A DNA stretch of 64,000 nt from Marsupella aquatica (taxonomy: Eukaryota > Plantae > Marchantiophyta): NCBI GenBank assembly GCA_973895155.1, contig OZ316897.1, positions 13,329,375 to 13,393,374 on the forward strand, read 5' to 3'. Each line of letters starts with the position of its first letter. The first letter of the stretch is position 1. Position numbers and translations under genes: made by a program. Shown in pieces: positions 14,291 through 28,720 of the stretch. The notes beneath the pieces were generated by a model that saw only the letters and a program-made list of their open reading frames with translations, was not told the origin of the DNA and searched no databases.

Positions 14291-16930
14291 AAGGACCTGT
14301 CGAGGACTCTCTGCGAGCCCTACGTAAAGTACTGTACATCATTCTCACGGTGTCGACATAATTGTATTCCTCCTACAAGGCACCGCACGGGGGAACGGTG
14401 GAGGTGGACGACTTTTATTACTTCGTGTTTTAAATAAATTTGGGACCTTATTCCATTGATTAGCTCTGCGCATAGATACCTGAGTGCCATTCTGTTTTGC
14501 CCAATAAGTAGGTAATTATTAGAGTTTTGGATACAACTAACAATATATTTTGGAATTCTTTATGAATACTCGAGATTTCTGTCCTGCAAGTTTCAAGAGT
14601 ATTTTAATCACCTTGGTAGGACAGAACTGTAACAAAACGGTACTTTGAGAGTCCACAAAGTGATATGGGTGAAGTCACAATGTAATGTACAAGGAAACTA
14701 GGGAGAGGTGGAGGAGGAGGATTGGAAGAATCATCAAAATCAAGGGTGGTGGACGAGTGGGCTTGTTTGGGGTGGTCTGGAGTGGGGGTGAACATGGAAC
14801 TGAAGGAACTTTTGTGAAGTCACATCTTATTGTTTTGCCACCCAGTTTGTGCAAGACTTGCAAAAACAATGTATACTCTGAAGTCATTATTTACACCAGA
14901 AAGGTTTAATTTCCACTATCCATGCATAACCTGGATCTACCAGATTTCACCATTAAAAACAGTTTTTTTCTTGAAATTGTGAGCAAACTGCCACGGGAGA
15001 GAGGAGCAAGGGAAGAATGGAATGTGCAAAAAGGAGTAAATAGTGGACACTTCCCTTTATATATGACCAGTGGGGATTGATCATTCTTAATGATTTACAT
15101 GACAAAGCTTTTCTAGGTGTGACATAGACCTCAGAAACTGTTGCTAGCAGGGCCCAAAGTCTGGAAAAATTGGGGCCAAATGTTAGATCAATATAGTGAT
15201 GGGACTGAAAACAGCCCCAGAATACATTACCCTAATGAATTGTCAAAACTATGTGAACACTAGATATTATTAGGGCGTTTCAAATATGCCCATTTTTCTG
15301 CTTTGATTGTGACTGGATGTGTTGTGGTTTGGGACAACAATCATGACTGGTCGGGCATCGATTGCAAAGCCTGACCAATCATGCCCAGGACAACAAGAGG
15401 TCCCGATTTCACAGTAAACAGAATAACATTCAATGTGTCATGAGACAATTAATTTTTCCATACCTCAAAAAATAATTACCCAGTTGTACCTTGTTGCGGT
15501 GCTCGGGACTGCCTCACAGGCCTCCAGTGAGGTGCATGTTTTTTAGTATATGAGATGCCGTATTAACTGAGCCAATTTTTTAATCATCTTCCTGTAGCTT
15601 TGGTCATGGCCTGATTTATTTTTTGACCAACTCAGATGGCACCACCTTACTGTTGCTGTGAGAGGACAAAAAGGAGGGAATCTTTAAAGATTCACCAATA
15701 AATATCGAGGGCGAACAAAGACTTCCGCGGCAAACACCCCCCCCCCCCCGCCCCCGAAACCACCCCGTCCCTCCCCTCGCACAGTCCCACCCCTGCCTTC
15801 TAGAGCGAGGACGACGCCGACGAGGACAAGGCCGAGGGACACGGCGTGAGAGCCCAGACTGTAAGGCAGTACAGTTTGCGTGTCAAACCGGGGAGGCATG
15901 CGTCAGACAAACCACGGGTACGAACACAGCCTCCCGTAGGTACGTGCTAACGGCACCCGTCGAAATTCGGCACCATCTAAAAACCCAACACCGTGAAAAA
16001 AAACCACCATCGCTCTGTTGCAGCTTTCGAGCCTCACATCTATCTCGATTGGGATCCAAATCAAGCGAAAACGGGCCTCTTCGAAAGCTCACGAAAACCT
16101 CTTTCCAACGAGCGATGGTGGACCTTCAATGCTCACCTAGTCATGGAGAAATCTCACTCGGAAACCAACGACGGAAAGTGGTGGACGGAGCCTTGTTTTT
16201 CTACTGACTTCGGTAAACGGAAGTCCGTGAGGACTCACGGCCTGTGCCCGTGGGAAGTGAACACGGGCAGTCATCAGTCCCACCCCGTGGGACACGCCCT
16301 AGTAGTAGTGTAGTAGTAGTGGTAGAGTACACGACGACGAGAGGGAGGATGGCGATGGCGGGGAGGGGGAGACAGGGGCGGGCGAGGACGGAGGTGATGG
16401 AAGCGACGAAAGGCGCGATAGGGCAAAAATGGTGTGTCGTGGTTAATGTTCGATTGGCAAGTTTCGTGTTCTGATTTTCGCGCAGAAAAATTCAAGTGCA
16501 TCGGAAAAGATGGATCAGCAGCAGCATCAGCACGAGGATAGAGAGGAGGTAGCCCGTGTGGGAGCCGACTTCGGTGTTGTGCATCGAGTGAAGCGGAGGG
16601 CATGATTGCTTGCTGCCAAGCAGCAGCAGCAGCAGAGAGGCAGCGGCGGATGAGGGTTAATAATAGGGTCGTCGACAAGTGGAGGAGAAGATCGAGCGGA
16701 TGGGTTGGAGAAGGGGTGGGAAGTCTGGAAGGGGAAGAGGAGATCGCGGACTGGCAGAGCGGGCTGGGTTGGGCAGAGGGCTGCTACTGTAGTTCAGTAG
16801 CCGTAGGATCGGGATAAGAAGAAGAAAGGAGAATTGTCGTGTCGGGAAAAGAGAGGCCGAAAAATGGGTATGGAGGAGGTGTAGGTAAAGCCGCAGCTGG
16901 TGTTGGGATTGTCGCAGAGGAGGCAGAGGT

Positions 16931-16967
<37 letters not shown>

Positions 16968-17191
16968 AAAAATGTGGGACCGAAGGGAAGAGTGAGGGAG
17001 GAGTAGATGAAGGCGAAGATTTGGTTGGGGAAAGAGAGAAGGGGGACGACGGAAGGGCGGAGTGGAGACGGATAGCCGGAGACACTATTGTGCGAGTATA
17101 AAGAGTGTTTAGTATAAAGAGCAGGAAAGCGGTCGAAAACCTAAAAAGGGTACTTGGGGAAAGGACAGGAAGAGAGGACGCAGATCCATCC

Positions 17192-20100
17192 ATGCCTGGG
17201 GGTGGTGGTGAGCACGAGAATGTCTCTAGAGACGACGATTGGAATCGATTAGAAGAAGAAGAAGAAGAAGGAAAAGAAGAAGGAAAAGAAAGCACAGGAG
17301 CAATGTCCAATCGCGTTGAGGAAGAAGTGGATGAAGAACAAGATGTAGGAGAAGAAGAATTCGGAGGACTTGTCGATGATGAAGAAGAAGAAAACATCGA
17401 AATAGTAGATGTTGATGGAGAAGAAGAAGAAAATGTGGATGTTGATGGAGAAGAAGAAAATGTGGAAATAGAGCGTTTTGGAGAGCAACAACAACATACA
17501 AAGTTTGATGTAGTTGTCGGAGAAGACGATAACGTCGATGTCGATGTGGACATCGACGACGATGAGGATCAACAACCATCGCCACCACAGTCATCAAAAC
17601 CCGCCCTGGGGACTGATGATTCCCTCTCTCCTGCCACCAGTAGTGGTGTACTGAACACCGTTGCGGCTACGGCCAGCAGTACATATTTGAACACTGCGGA
17701 AGATGATGAGTTGGCCTCTCACGGGATGTTTTTGAGTAGTCGTCCTTCCTCATCTCCTGGCCATCCTCACGCGGCGTCGTTCGTAGTGTCGCCTAGGGGA
17801 ATGCCAAATTTGCCAACATCTATTCCAACAACTCTAGCCGCCGATGTGGTGGAGGGCACAAGAACACGCACGGCTGATGACGGCGTGAGTCCAACAACGG
17901 AAATCGTATCCGGAGCTAGTGTGTCTGGAGTGACCACGGCCGCCTCTGTCCAGTACATCTCATCCAAGATGGTCGACATCGTTCCTGCGACTACGGTCGA
18001 TCAAGATGTCGTTGTGCCAAACCCACCGGGGATTAAACAGGCCGACCTGGTTCCCTTCACCACCGGTGTAGCAGATCTCGCATCTGCAACAATAAACGAA
18101 GTGAAAGCTTCTGCGTCCTCCCCATTCGACCATCTGAAAGAGCTCAGAGAGCCTCAAGAGCCTCCAGCAAATATGGACGATAAATCTTCCGATATCCTCC
18201 TCAGAAAGAACTCAATTCAAGACAGCAAAGTGAATCTGGGGACGGAAATGGAAAATGTCCTGCGAAACCTGGCCAGCGGGAAAGCTACCTCTGCCTCCGA
18301 TGCCCCGGAACTAAACCAGACGGAACTCAAGATGAATGAGACTGAAGAAGAAGAAGTTCCCCGCACATCCGGAAACCGGGATCAGTTAATGCCAGAGGCA
18401 GCTGCTGGAGGCGCAGTCGTCGTCCAGGAGCGAGAGGAAACCATGGCAGTAGCCGAGAAAGATACCGAACCGAGCGGCAGTTTACACCATGATCCCCGTG
18501 CATTCGATGGGCTGAACGCGCTCACGTCGGCCATCGACATCGGGCAAGCTCGAGACGCGCTCGCAAAATTGCAGCCAAAGCTGGACAATGGGACGGACAT
18601 AGGAGGAGGAAGGGAGGCGGCCGCCGGGAATTCGGCCGGAGGATTGGAGCGGGAGAAGACTGAGCTGGAGCGGGAGATGGAGCTGTTTGAAGCGGCCGAG
18701 AGGGAAGAGGAAGCGAGATTGCTTGCCTCAATGCGATCATCCGATCAATCCATGCACGGGAGCGATTCTATGACGAAAGACACGACGATGAATGACAGGA
18801 AACGGGCGTCAGAGTCCATTCCCAATGAGGCGAGAAAGAAGCGAGGCAAGAGAGCCATCGTTGGCGACGAGGCCAAGGAGGAGGAGGACGTTTGCTTCAT
18901 TTGCTTTGATGGCGGCGACCTTGTTTTGTGCGATCGACGGTGAGCGTCAAAGCTCCTTCAAGCTGGAATTATTCTTTGGCATTCATCTAGGAAACCTGAA
19001 ATGAAAAAAAAAATTGTAGCTTCAGCTCGCATCCGTTCATGTCTCCACGGCTTTGATTTGCAAGGTTTTTACCTTTGATTGGCGGTTCTTTTCTCTGTTG
19101 TTTGATGCTGATTGAGAGAGGAAGGTTTCCACCTATCTTGTTCCCGGCACCGAGTGAGTCTTGTCCCATTCTCGCCATTCTTCTCTTGGGAGGGAATGAA
19201 GCAAGTTTGCGCGGACAGCGGGGCCTTGAACTTCTCATTTGGCAGGAAGGAAATCAAGATGATCGTGTTCTTTTGGTTTTGTGTCCAGGTCATGTCCAAA
19301 GGCTTATCACTTGAGCTGCATTGGCCGGGATACAGCCTTTTTCCAGAAGAAAGGAGCCTGGATTTGTGGTAGGCTCCAATGCATCTATAAATAATGGTCA
19401 TCTTGTGTCCTGGCCCCTCAGTTTTTTCTGTTCGTAAGCGAGAACCAACAGTTGCTGTTCAGAGGACTAATTTTCCTGCAAGTCTCTTCTTCTATTTGAG
19501 CATTACTGTTGCATCTTTGTGAAATGTAACGCTTCCGCTTGTTTGCTCCAGGTTGGCATTTCTGTTCAATTTGTACAAAGGCTGCCAATTTTCAGTGCTA
19601 CACTTGTCCCACGGCCTATTGCAGCGGCTGCTTGGACCAAGCTGACTTCCACTGTGTTCGCCATAGAAAAGGACTCTGTGAGGAGTGCTGGCCAATCGTG
19701 CAAATGATTGAGAACAAGGAGACTGTAAGCCTAGATGAAGGGGTATGTCGTGAATATCAGTGGCTGGCTATTCTTACTCATAAAAATGGACTTTTCGTTG
19801 TTGTATTGTTCTCCTCTTTTCTTGTGTTGGGTTTTGGCAATGCTGGATGGGAATGTCGTCTAGGAGACTGTTGAAGTTGTAGTCTGGAAAGAAGGTTTGC
19901 CGCGCTCCTAATATTTGATTGTCTGCTTGTTTTTTGGATGATGCTATACTTTCAGGTGGAGGTTGATTTTGCTGATCGAGAAACATATGAAGGACTGTTC
20001 AAAGACTACTGGGAAGATCTTAAGCAAAAGTGGTCCCTTTCTGCAGAGGAATTAGATAAGGATGGCAAGGGTGCGGGAGGAAGTGCAGCCTTCTCAGACG

Positions 20101-23100
20101 AAGACAAGATAGATGCCGAAGATTACTATTCCGAATCAGGAAATGAAGAAGACGAAGAACAGGAAGACGACGAGGAGGACACGGAAGGACTCGACGTAGC
20201 TAGGAGGAGGAAGAGGAGGCGAGGGAAAGCCAAATTTGGTGAAGGAGTCGAGGGTGACCCTGAGGCTGGCTTTGGAAGCGAGGATGATGATGCTATGGAA
20301 TTAGGTGAGGAAGATGCTGATGAACAGGGCGATGATGAGAAGCCTACTCTTCAACCGCGTGAATTTGATGGCTGGGCATCCAAAGAGCTCATTGAGTTTG
20401 TGACATATATGGATGAAGACCCAAAGAAGCCTCTTTCTAGATTTGAAGTGACCAAGTTATTGTGGTCGTACATCAAAAGCCAGAAGTTGCAAGATCCTAG
20501 AAAGAAATCGCAAATTCAATGCGATGACAGACTACAAACAATCTTCGGGAAAAAAACTGTCGGACAGATTGAAATGCTTAAATACTTGCAGTCTCACTTT
20601 GCCCCCAAGGGATGGAGACGAGCTGGACGACAGGTGCGCGAAGAGCAATTAAGCTTAGAAGATGGAACAGATGCAGATGGAAGTGTCGCCGACGAAAAAT
20701 TCAGCAGGGTAAAAGAAATTCGAGACAGACGCAGAAGAAGAAAAGCTGATGAAGAAAAGGTTGAGAGGCCGAACGTTGATGAATTCGCAGCTGTAACTCC
20801 CAAGAATATTGGTCTCATTTATTTGCGGAGGCAACTCTTGGAGGAGCTATTGGATGATCCTGAGTTTGACAGTAAGGTTTGCAATACGTTTGTAAGAATC
20901 CGTGTGCCTGGGATGCTAAGCAAGTCAGAGATGTGCTACAGACTTGTTCAAGTCGTAGGTAAGAGACTTCCTGACAGGAAATCCTTCCTGAGGTTTGTCA
21001 TGAAGTGTAGTGGCTGTGTGATGGCCTAGTGACGGCCTAGTGACCTTAGCTGGTTCTCTCAAGGTGGCACCAGATGGATCATCGTAAATCATTTGATTAG
21101 TCTCTTGTGGCTGAAGCTTGTCTCACAATTATAAGGTGGCTTTTCTATTTCTTTTTCTTTTTCATTTGAATGCATACTTTACTGATAAGTAAAGGAAAGT
21201 TGGGCTTTTCCCGAAAGAGTGTAGTAGTGTATCAATTCGCTCTTAAACTTGACTCGCAACACAATTTGTTGATTTGCTGCAGGTACCAGACTACAAGCTG
21301 AACACTATAAGGCAGGGAGGAAGGTCACGAATTATGTCTTGGAAATTTTGAACCTGCAGAAAAGAGAGGATGTGACGGTTGATCTTGTTTCCAATCACGA
21401 CTTCAGTGAGGTTTGTGCTTTTAATTTTTGTAAAGAATGCTCAGTCTCTAAAACAAATTGTTAACGTGATCGCTGAGAACAGTACATTTCAGAAACTGCG
21501 TGCTGTGCTAGAGGTGCTTTCTCGCAGCTAGCAGATTGACGTTTCTTACCCTTTCCCTGCACTCGTCCTTACCCTTTCCCTGCACTCGTCCCGATCAGTT
21601 TTTTTGTGAGTGAACATGTATGAGAATCTGTAAAGTTGACCTTTTCTTAGGATTTACAGCTCATCCTACTGGATTCGTCATTTACCCCTGTTGCTTCAAA
21701 GTCTTATATTTGAAGTCTAGTTTACTCAGTTGACGCTTTTCTATCAATATCAAACTTTGCTGATGAAACACTATTGAACTAGCAGACGAAGAGTCTCTTT
21801 TAGTTTATGATTGTCTGGTCATTTACAATATATCATGTAATGGTGACAGGAGGAATGCCAAAGGCTCCGCCAAAGCATCAAGTGTGGTTTTATTAAAACA
21901 CTAACAGTGGTAGGTTTTCTGTGATAGTTTTCTTTCTGGTTTTTGTTGAGCTCTAACTGGTACTTTATTCAGACTGCACGGTAGCATTTGTCAAATTATA
22001 AGTAAACCTACGGGACCATCAGGAACAATAATTCCTTTTTGTATTATTTATTTCTGGGTCATTGTGCCCGGGGAGGACATTTCTCTGACGGCGAATGGTT
22101 TTAACAGGGCGACATTGAGGAAAAGGCCAGAGCACTCCAAGAGGCAAAAGTGAATGATGTAAGTGCTTTTGCGGACTGCTTCCTGTTTTAAGCACAAGGA
22201 GCAATGCAGCCAAAAAGGTTCTGTATGTATGAATGCTTAAAGCCACCAGGGTGGTTCCTAGACATCCCATTGATGAATGGAAGTTATGGAACAAAAAGTG
22301 ACGACGATGTATTGGAGGCAGGCAGGACGTTCTGAAGAGTCAGAGGAAAGCCTTAGTACTGAAGAGACCCACCCAATTTTTGTTCAGATATGGTGTGTCG
22401 TAGAGAAACTCAGAGTTCAGTATCTTACAGATTTGCAAATGTTCCTTTTAATTGTTTTGCTCTCGTAATAATTGCGTTGTAGACATAACTGGGCGTCATC
22501 TTTCTTGCAGTGGTTTGAGACTGAGAGGCAGAGACTTGTGAATCTTCGGGATCGTGCTAGCGAGAAGGGTCGAAAGAAAGAATATCCTTTCTGCAGCTGT
22601 CTTGTACTCTTCGGTGTGGCAAATTGCATTAGAACAGTCTTCAAATGATAGAGCTGAATTCATTGTGGAGAACTTGAAGTGTTTATTATAGTTTTAATTA
22701 TTTGAATGGTTTAGAATATTACCCAGGACCCGAATCCCGCCTTTCAGTAATTGATTGCATTGTTGTGTTCTGTTCGTTTCTGTGCAACGTAGTCTGAACA
22801 TAGGCTGTAGAATTTTTCTGTATTTTCTCTTTGAACGGCTCCTTTGACGTGCCATCCTTGACCAAGACTGTTGTGCACATTGAGAGAATGTGTCGAAAAA
22901 TTGCAAGAGCTCAACAGTCCTGCATTTCGAGCTGCGAAGCTGCATGCCCGACCAGAAGTCACTGCTGACCCACGCATGGATCCTAACTATGAGTCAGACG
23001 GCAATGACGATCATGCACGAGGTACAAGCTGGCAACTTGTCTCTTTAGCTGCATGTTTTTGGTCTCTTTCATTATCTTCGCAGAGCCTTTCCTAACAATC

Positions 23101-24594
23101 TGTCCTAAAATATTTCCAGATGGGAGGTCCAAAATTTTGGATAAAAGTACATCTCCCGGGGAAAGGACCCTCCCCGTGAGCATTTTGAAAGGTGGCCAGA
23201 ATGAAAGCATTAGGGGGGATTGGGAAGGCGTGAAAATCAAGCAGTCTGGTTGGCCAGATACCCATCGCAGCAGCAAGGAGGGCGATCGACTTTATGATTC
23301 TGGTCGATCCAGTGACAAGCTGCCTTATGGTCGACCTCCCCATAGTTATGGTGTGGAGAGTGCAAAAGAGCGGGGATACGATGAACGTGAAAGGGGGTGG
23401 GGAATGGAACAACAACACGATGGCACTGGTGACGCGGGGTCGGTAGGAAATGGCAGAAATAGAGGTACTGCGGCTCAAAAGTGGAATGAGAAGGTGGATC
23501 TTTCTATTAATGTGGATGCAAGGTCTGGCAGAAGCGACTACCGAGGTATCAGTGGTTTGTCAACCACCCCGGTGTTTGACACAAAACCAGAATGGCCATC
23601 AAGAAGGGAATCGGCACCTCCTGCTACCCCTTCTTTGCCACAGGCTTTCCCTGTCCCTGCTCCTCCGAATGTCTTGACTCAAGCTGCAATCGAGGCTGGA
23701 GAGAAGGAGAAAATTTGGCACTACATGGATCCTACTGGTATGGTTCAGGGGCCGTTTGCGATGGAGCAACTGAGGAAGTGGAACACGACAGGATACTTTC
23801 CGGAAGACTTAAGAATCTGGAAAGCCACTAAGACACGGGAGGAGTCCATATTACTGACTGATGCTCTGGCAGGGCGATTTCAGAAGGAACCCTGGGGTTC
23901 TGCCGCTCGGGTCGGGAATCCTGTTGTGGCAAGCATACAAGAGGAAATTGCTCAGGCCTTGACCACAAGTTCGACCCTGCCCTTTAACAATCCTGCCCTG
24001 AAGTCTGCAGAAGGTTGGAGGGAGAATGGTGGAGCTAGTAGTTGGCCAGATCGAGCAGGATCAGGTGATGTAGGAAGGTCTTCAAGTTGGGGAGGTGTAG
24101 ATATGAACCAAAATAATAGAGCTTTTGCAAGAGATGCTGAGACCGGACCTACTCCACCATTACGAGATACCAGCATTGATATGAAGTGGAAACCAGGACC
24201 TGCATCTGGTGGATTTGACTCATATGGAAGGAGCATTTACAGTAGTTCTGAAAGTAGGAGTGGAAGAGCTGATGCAGCTGCCAAATTTGATCCTGCAAAT
24301 TGGGGTTCTCGTTCTTCCAGTGGCAGACCTGAGAGAGACAGCTGGGGTTCTTCAGCAGCTCCTGCAAATGAAGGTGGAGGATATTCGAGTTTTGGAGGAA
24401 GGAGCAGCTTGGGTCGTGGATCTAACTACAGGGATTCAGGTGGGAAATGGAATCCTGACGCGTCAAGTGGGCAAGACATCTCCCGCTCCAGCTCGAGGAG
24501 TGCTACTCGAGCTGCTAGAAAAGACATTCCTTGTAGGTTTCACCAAAAAGGATATTGTAAGCGAGGAGACAGCTGTGACTTTTGGCATGGTTAA
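17192..24594 (+). CDS. NERD: NERD-like zinc finger CCCH protein (PHD, SWIB/MDM2, Plus3, GYF, CCCH), 10 exons, ~1649 aa
   Basis: Exons 17192-18939, 19289-19368, 19552-19742, 19956-20958, 21283-21410, 21850-21909, 22108-22158, 22511-22581, 22879-23021 and 23120-24594 join in frame (4950 nt). Domains: PHD [77 protein letters not shown]; Plus3 LIYLRRQLLEELL..FVRIRV; GYF WHYMDPTGMVQGPFAMEQLRKWNTTGYFP; CCCH CRFHQKGYCKRGDSCDFWH. The start codon is inferred. Confidence 0.95.
22582..22878 (+). other. U12-type (minor spliceosome) AT-AC intron in NERD
   Basis: 5' splice site ATATCCTTT at 22582, branch site TCCTTGAC at 22855-22862 and 3' end ..GCAC at 22878. Removing it restores KGRKKE|LRECVEKLQ in frame. 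Confidence 0.93.
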
Positions 24595-26324
24595 ATGGCT
24601 TTGGACAGCAGGCGTATCCCGTCTTCTGGAGATTGTATACAATTTGGTGCAGCCTCCAATCTTTTTGACTCTGGATACTTAGTGCACAGGTAGAGTAGGA
24701 TTGATTGGTGCCTCTACAAAATTATCTCCTGCCCTTGGTATGTCTCCATTTTGACACGTTTCGTCGAATGCTTCCTGTCTTCACATGCCAAACTGGTTTA
24801 TGTTTACGTAGGTCGAACACTACTGCAAATCAAGTCTTATATATGGCATTCGTAGTCTGTAGCTTAGGCCACATATATTCCGAGATGAGTAGAGTGCTGA
24901 AAAGATTTGACATTTCCTGTAAAGAGTATCGTCCTTCTGCTGGGCCTATTTACTCTTCGAATTTGTTATGTGCATTTGAGAAATCACCTAGTTGGGAAAG
25001 ATCCCTGATACTAATTTTGCCAATTTTGTGTCCTCTTATGACTTGCAGCAATGCAAGGAAGGACTTGGCATTGTTCATTTACCAGTTGGTGCTCTAAACA
25101 TTCTTGCCATTCTCTCTCTTCATTCGTTGTACTATGATTGGATGCCACAATGCCTACTGCGTGCAGAATAGTTTAAATAGCTATTTAGGATTTCATTCCA
25201 GAGAAAGGTCCACTGTAGGGGACATTTTGGCTGTGGGTTATATTCTCCTTCCGAGTCCTCATTCACACCTTCATTTTCTTTTTCTTGTCTTCAATCTCTG
25301 TTGGGAAGTCGTACACTTTACCCATAGTCAGGAATTGATTCCTACCTACTCTTCATGTAAATTCTGTGTAACGGGCACTCTACCATCCACGTGCATGTTT
25401 ATCTGGTCTAAGGTAAAATCTGCTCTCATTAGGTCAAGGTAAAATCTATCTTTAGATACGCTAAAAGGTAAAATGTATCTATAAATACTTTGGTGGGTAA
25501 CTTAATGAAAGTGCACAGTTACTCAATTTCACAGCCAGACATAGGTTGTTAACTGCTGTAAATAATAGTGCTATTCTCCCTAGTTTCTGATGCAGTTTGT
25601 GTTGAACAATATATGTTTAAATCAACGGTTCCTATTCAAGGATGGGTGTCCTGCCTGAATTGCAATGTCCTCTTGGCCTCTCATGGAAGCCATTCTTGTG
25701 AAGGGGCATTGCAAGCTGCCAAAAGAACACTTGAACTACGCATTGCCAAGTGAAAACTAACTGTTGCACCAAACCTGTCTCAAGGTCATCTCTACAGATA
25801 TGAATGACTTGCCAAAGACCAAAATTATGTGTTGTGCGATTGCATACATACAGAACTCACATGTTATACACGACTCAAAATAAATAGATGACAGTCACAT
25901 TACACACATCACTGGGCACATTACAGATGTATGCATCTGTTCACAACAATCTCATTCGAACTGAAGCCCATTTCATTGTATTACTAGTCGAGCCAAATCC
26001 ACTTGCCAACCATACGGGACTCTAGGTCTATGCGCATGGAAAAACTTGCCCTGTGCGATCTACATGCCAATTGACATTACTCCATTGTCATCAGAGCATA
26101 GCCACACTCAACAAGACCCTACTATTTCCAAAAGTTTCAATTTGGGAAAATGATGAACAAATACTCATTCTCCAAGGTATGAACTACTTTCTTTGACACA
26201 TGACATATGACTTGGTGAACAGGGCACCCCTGACACCTGCTACAACGGGTCACCCCAAGTAACGGACAACATGCAACATGGGGGGGGGGGAGGGGCATTT
26301 AGGGTAAACTCCCTCCATAAAATT

Positions 26325-26643
26325 AGGGGTTTAAAATATTCCCATATCACAGGGGAGGTTTGGAAGTAATAGATATCCTACAACTTAAGAAAATAAAATA
26401 ATTTAAAAATATTTGAAAACCCCTAATTTATGGAATGTTCTAGAAATATTTTCAAATTTTGTATTAAATCCCAAATTTTGTATTAAAACCCCCATAATTC
26501 TTATAATTCTCAAATTGGATAAAAACACTCATAATTTACTTCAACAAACTTTTAAGAGTCTTCCGCCCAATTGAATTAATAAACCCCTAACTCATTTGCA
26601 CACAATGGGTAGGAAGAAAAGAAGTGATGACCCCAGGGCCTAA
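26325..26643. repeat. AT-rich ~300-bp dispersed repeat (MITE-like), copy 1
   Basis: Homologous to 38640-38935, sharing ttcttataattctcaaa.ttggat.aaaa..actc.taattta.ttcaa and the end ggaagaaaagaa.tga.gac...gggc.taa. Confidence 0.7.
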
Positions 26644-28427
26644 TGGAGAAACATCCACTCCTGCATGTAAAGCCACTCAACAACAAACAAAGGAATTTTC
26701 CATTGCCCAAGTTGTCCTGCCAGGCTGTTTGGCTTTAGGCTTGGTTGACTGTCCTTTTTGCTTCCTCCAACAAAAACAGAAATAAACAAACTACAGTAGC
26801 TACCATGTGCATTTGGGCATTTGCATTTGCCCAAATCCGGACAAAGAAAATCTATGAATGGCATGCCCAAAACTTCCAATAAACAAACAAGTGGTCTGTT
26901 CTATTTTGGAAACTGAAGAGATTCTGAATTGGTGCAAGAAAGGACATAACAGACCACTTGTTTGTTTCTTTGGAAGATTTGGGCATGCCACTCAGATTGG
27001 TGTTGGATCTTTCTTTTAATTGAACTTGGGGCTTGGTTTTCCTTTTTGTTTCCCCCAACAAAAATAGAAACGAACCAATTAGCCACCACTCTGGTTTTGG
27101 GCTGAGGAGCACAAATTCCAAATTTCTTCATTTGAAAACAGAAATGACGACTCTTTTTGAATAGGATAATGTCCTGGTTAGAGGGCATTATGAGATATAA
27201 TGCCCTGAAAAACGAGGGTGACAGCCCAAGTTTTGAGGACATTATTCTCATAATGCCAGTAACTAGGACATTAATGTGCATAAAAACTTGAGTGATTTTT
27301 AGGTAAAAAATAAGAAAAAGTGAATCTCTGAATAGAAAATCCAAGCAAAAGGGCCTGCAATTGGCCAACGGCATGAAAGAAGTTAAAAACAAATCTTGTA
27401 ATTTTGATACAAGTTATTATGTTACTTTATTTGGTTTTTACCTTTCCTATTTTAGTGATACTTCAGATAATGCCCTCCTCAAAAGAAGGGAGGCTATATG
27501 AGAAATTAATGCACTCATAAATACAAAAAGAAAAATCACAAAAGTATTTACCTTTATTCAAAGAATTGGGCTCACCCTCTAGTAGATCTGATGTGGAGGG
27601 GGTACTTTTGTTTAATTCAACAATGGATGCCCTAGATTGCAAGAGATAAGCAAACTCAAATGTTCCACATCACTAATAGAGACCCCCAAAACATGAGAAT
27701 GGACCAGATTACATCTTGTGTGCAAGAAACACTTCTTCTGAAATATAAACACTATCCGAGCAGCCAATCTGATTGGCCAAAATTGAACCTCGGTTATACC
27801 GCCAGTAGCCATATAAAATGGGGAAATGTACTTAGGCTAATCCACATTTGCACTTATACATTTTCCCTGGGACTCACACACTTCCCTTAGTACACTTCTT
27901 CTATTTTTTGAGAGTTAGAGTCTAGAGGCTTCACTCTACACGTAACTCTCAAAATACTTTGCATGGCCTTTATTAGTAAGATACACTCTCTCTCCGCAGC
28001 TACAATTTATTGTGGAATTTAGTCTGTCCAGAGTTTGCATTGGGTGAATGGGGTCCGATTCTCGTGCGGATTTGAACTGGGGAAGCTTCCGATTCTTGTC
28101 ACAGGACCTCAATCGGTTGATTCATATTCTCTTGGTTTCTAGCACTTCGTATAATTGTAGCCTTAGCAATTCGGATAGTTCTTAGTCGGTTCCACAGAAT
28201 GATTCAAAATTAGGGGCCTGATAGTAGTTTGAAACGTGTGTCCAGCTGATCAGCAACGTTTGTCACAGATGATTGACCAGCAATTCAGCAGCGTCCGGTC
28301 AAGTTGATCGGTAGCGGCTATGGAGCCTCGGCATCCGCGGATGACACTTGACTAAACGCTTGCCTTGAGTATCACAATGCTGAGATTTTGAACCTACTGT
28401 TCTCTTTGTATTTGAATTTAGTTCCCG

Positions 28428-28720
28428 TTCTCTCATAGCCCATTCAGACTTTTGCTCACTTTTCTATTAAATTCAGACTTCTGCTCGCATTCTCTCATAG
28501 CCCATTCAGACTTCTGCTCACTTTTCTATTAAATTTAAACTTCTGCTCGCATTCTCTCATAGCGCATTCCTATCTTTGCTCTCCTTCTATTAGATTCAGT
28601 TTGCATTCTCTTGTTGCGCATGTAGATTTATGCTCTCGTTCTACTGAATTCAGTTCGCATACTCTCATTGTGCTTGTAGATTCCTGCTCCCGTTGTGTCG
28701 AATTGAGTTCGCATTGATTT
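28428..28720. repeat. Degenerate 62-bp (2x31-bp) tandem array upstream of the F-box gene
   Basis: The unit ttctctcatagcccattcagacttttgctcacttttctattaaattcagacttctgctcgca starts at 28428, 28490 and 28552, then decays. Confidence 0.8.

Noticed and set aside
23084-23119. Alternative in-frame acceptor for the last NERD exon (+12 aa)
   Set aside because: It would leave only a 62-nt intron, and the 23119 acceptor looks stronger. It cannot be decided without RNA data.
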